NCBI GenBank assembly: GCA_044356455.1
Contig: JBIKWF010000096.1
Span: forward strand, 1-17,717
Source: Bdellovibrionota bacterium
Lineage (GTDB): Bacteria > Bdellovibrionota_C > UBA2361 > JBGSMV01
Direction: 5' to 3'
DNA length: 17,717 bases
Every line of letters starts with the position of its first letter. The stretch's first letter is position 1. The position numbers were made by a program, and so were the translations under genes. Positions 17,001 to 17,717 of the stretch are shown piece by piece. The notes under the pieces are model-generated. The model was not told the origin of the DNA. It ran no database searches and saw only the letters and a program-made list of their open reading frames with translations.

Positions 17001-17305
17001 GCAACCAGTCACAAAGTCCTAGAAATGGGAGCTCCCCACTAGGAGAATCAGATCCCGCAATCTCGAACATGCAAGAGCTGATGGGTGTTCCTAGTGAGGC
17101 TTCGGCGAGGCTCTCGGCGACGCTACGCAAACGGCTACCTCAATTAACAGAGGAGCAGCTGTTCTACGTCTCAATAGAGCTTAACTCTGCATTTGCGGCC
17201 AACGATTTGTCGCGCGTCTCACGATCAACAAAAGCAGTAATTAACTTAGGGTGTGGGGATCCGGTGCCGGCAAAACCTGCCCCGATCGATCAGCCAATGC
17301 GCTGA
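14006..17305 (+). CDS. RHS repeat-associated core protein with its own signal peptide and a long C-terminal cargo (putative toxin domain, GGX repeat, Cys/Trp module)
   Basis: 1099 aa. Signal-like residues 1-39 (AVRLLLAAGAASCLGLSLCLEVTPASG|Q). Rhs strands VYNPDTGTP...FYHLTDATSN. Core signature RFLSPDPLGRADSANPYQY...PVTFADPQGL at 14534-14641, followed by 887 further residues. Confidence 0.9.
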   Translation: MSISILSQKVTSAVRLLLAAGAASCLGLSLCLEVTPASGQSPGPVHQYDYATVVPEVPDEEPPQSKQVRTVYNPDTGTPIVSFVNYGGAQYSFYHLTDATSNTTLVLRDPARNLTIPLHYPDVYPSIPEVSGVYAAFSPILPTLGTGALSCDRALQSCVADRRVVDARRLGQGGTLRFLSPDPLGRADSANPYQYTTERGVYPVTFADPQGLSVTDEALNARAEMNAMRAAERAQREAAYAQSAAGQRAAQQAERQRQSEQQTSAQVMQKQFADNSYGWNVVSFTFYEMFPYFSAFSESGRTYQITAPVVRGETDIMGAMDQFATAATIDAITMPIGAGSTKAIAGAVERQILKEGVGMAEVRLARSIERAVVRGEFDNGIPSTVRNIVGDEATFQGRANWRQAADGSIVSNEKLSEVMRKNDGVMMNRNKVTSELGDMSRADMAQAVRKNPQDLMYASRDPNVAIDYTGKYQVPDLGIAPYKPGHGPLPGLEKINGGYGEVAIGLPTRHGRINVPDQISAESEVFSRGNRLFGSWDAGFTKTSDGVTRWSRNFRINEANPAFNKALQSEVSSLGRAAGVWFPTLGGLASTQAHNLLNNPNVSDLYKNGAGSGGGGTGGSGGTGGTGGTGGTGGTGGSGGAGGSGGSGGSGGMGGNGGTGGDGGSGGMGGSGGSGGSGGSGGSGGSGGNGGTGGTGGNGGSGGMGGSGGSGGSGGSGGSGGSGGSGGMGGNGGSGGNGGSGGSGGSGGSGGSGGMGGSGGNGGSGGSGGEGGMGGDGGMGGAGGFGGIGGIGGDGGSGGNGGNGGMGGYGGVGGQGGNGGNGGTGGTGGTGGTGGMGGMGGMGGAGGMGGMGGTGGSGGSGGAGGMGGAGGMGGMGGMGGAGGMGGTGGSGGDGGSGGAGGMGGMGGMGGAGGMGGMGGMGGTGGTGGEGGQGGEGGQGGEGGQGGEGGQGGQGGQGGMSQCQGLPPEQRAKCEWCTQHGYQYGSYECDFWYWWCHLFSNQSQSPRNGSSPLGESDPAISNMQELMGVPSEASARLSATLRKRLPQLTEEQLFYVSIELNSAFAANDLSRVSRSTKAVINLGCGDPVPAKPAPIDQPMR
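15830..16882 (+). repeat. Coding glycine-rich (GGX)n repeat of about 350 aa
   Basis: Residues 609-959 of the 14006 ORF form essentially uninterrupted GGX triplets (X = S, T, M, N, A, D, E, Q; rarely F, I, Y, V). Glycine codons are mixed GGC/GGT/GGA/GGG. Confidence 0.97.
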
Positions 17306-17340
17306 GCGACATGCGGCAATTGTTTCGAAAAGAATGTGTT

Positions 17341-17372
17341 GGTCTCTTGCTCGCGAGAGCTCGAGACTTTTT
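17341..17372 (+). terminator. Intrinsic terminator-like hairpin with GNRA tetraloop
   Basis: GTCTC-TT-GCTC-[GCGA]-GAGC-TC-GAGAC followed by TTTTT, starting 35 nt after the 17305 stop. Confidence 0.7.
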
Positions 17373-17389
17373 AAAAAAGGGAAAAAAGT

Positions 17390-17717
17390 ATGTATTTTGA
17401 AAGATTAGTGCGTTTCTTGGCCGTTGGCCTTGTCGCTGCAGTCTTGGGGGTTAGTAGCGCATCTGCTCAGTGGGCGCCCGGAGAGGAAGCCGCTGTGGGT
17501 ACGCTTGTGCAGTATCTTCAAGATACCTACGGCGTCCAGCTTGTAGAGCAAACGCAGCCGGCTGCGGACATCGTCTGCCAAAGTGGGGGTACCTGCACTG
17601 CGAAAATAGGTAGCCAGAACTATCCCTGTACTTGTGGTGGTGGCAGTACCTGCTCAGCGGGGCAATCCTGTGTCTGCACCTGCTCGTGGACTGGCTCCAA
17701 TCCTAACACGCTTTCGT
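17390..17717 (+). CDS. Secreted cysteine-rich protein (3' truncated by the window edge; not in the ORF track)
   Basis: Manual translation gives MYFERLVRFLAVGLVAAVLGVSSASA|QWAPGEEAAVGTLVQYLQDTYGVQLVEQTQPAADIVCQSGGTCTAKIGSQNYPCTCGGGSTCSAGQSCVCTCSWTGSNPNTLS... It has an AAGGGA RBS, a classic Sec signal with A-S-A cleavage site, and 8 Cys. Confidence 0.85.
   Translation, partial: MYFERLVRFLAVGLVAAVLGVSSASAQWAPGEEAAVGTLVQYLQDTYGVQLVEQTQPAADIVCQSGGTCTAKIGSQNYPCTCGGGSTCSAGQSCVCTCSWTGSNPNTLS

Noticed and set aside
15804..17042. Several long alternative-frame and antisense ORFs (Pro-rich PPX, Arg/His-rich, Ala/Val/Glu-rich)
   Set aside because: They are shadows of the GGX repeat, whose codon pattern avoids stops in other frames. 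Only the 14006 frame connects to recognisable domains.

Overview
Bacterial accessory region with three parts. (1) Left (330-8329): an exported TlpA-type thioredoxin fusion, two diverged paralogous membrane proteins arranged tail-to-tail (discoidin-like domain plus GT-C/GT87-like membrane domain), and a membrane-anchored SGNH hydrolase. Together these look like a cell-surface glycan modification cluster. (2) A 260-aa orphan with a degenerate STAS-like pattern, followed by a 542-bp intergenic region. (3) Right (9723-17717), the most unusual part: an apparently split Rhs/YD system. A 1428-aa signal-peptide-bearing YD shell stops just before the Rhs core. A translationally coupled 1099-aa gene, with its own Shine-Dalgarno and its own predicted signal peptide, supplies the missing strands and the DPxG...DPxGL autoprotease core. 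It then carries an unusually long cargo: a possible ADP-ribosyltransferase-like domain, about 350 aa of GGX repeats and a Cys/Trp module. A terminator-like hairpin and a truncated secreted Cys-rich gene follow. No rRNA, tRNA, CRISPR array or mobile element was recognised. All functional calls come from motif reading by eye; no database searches were run.
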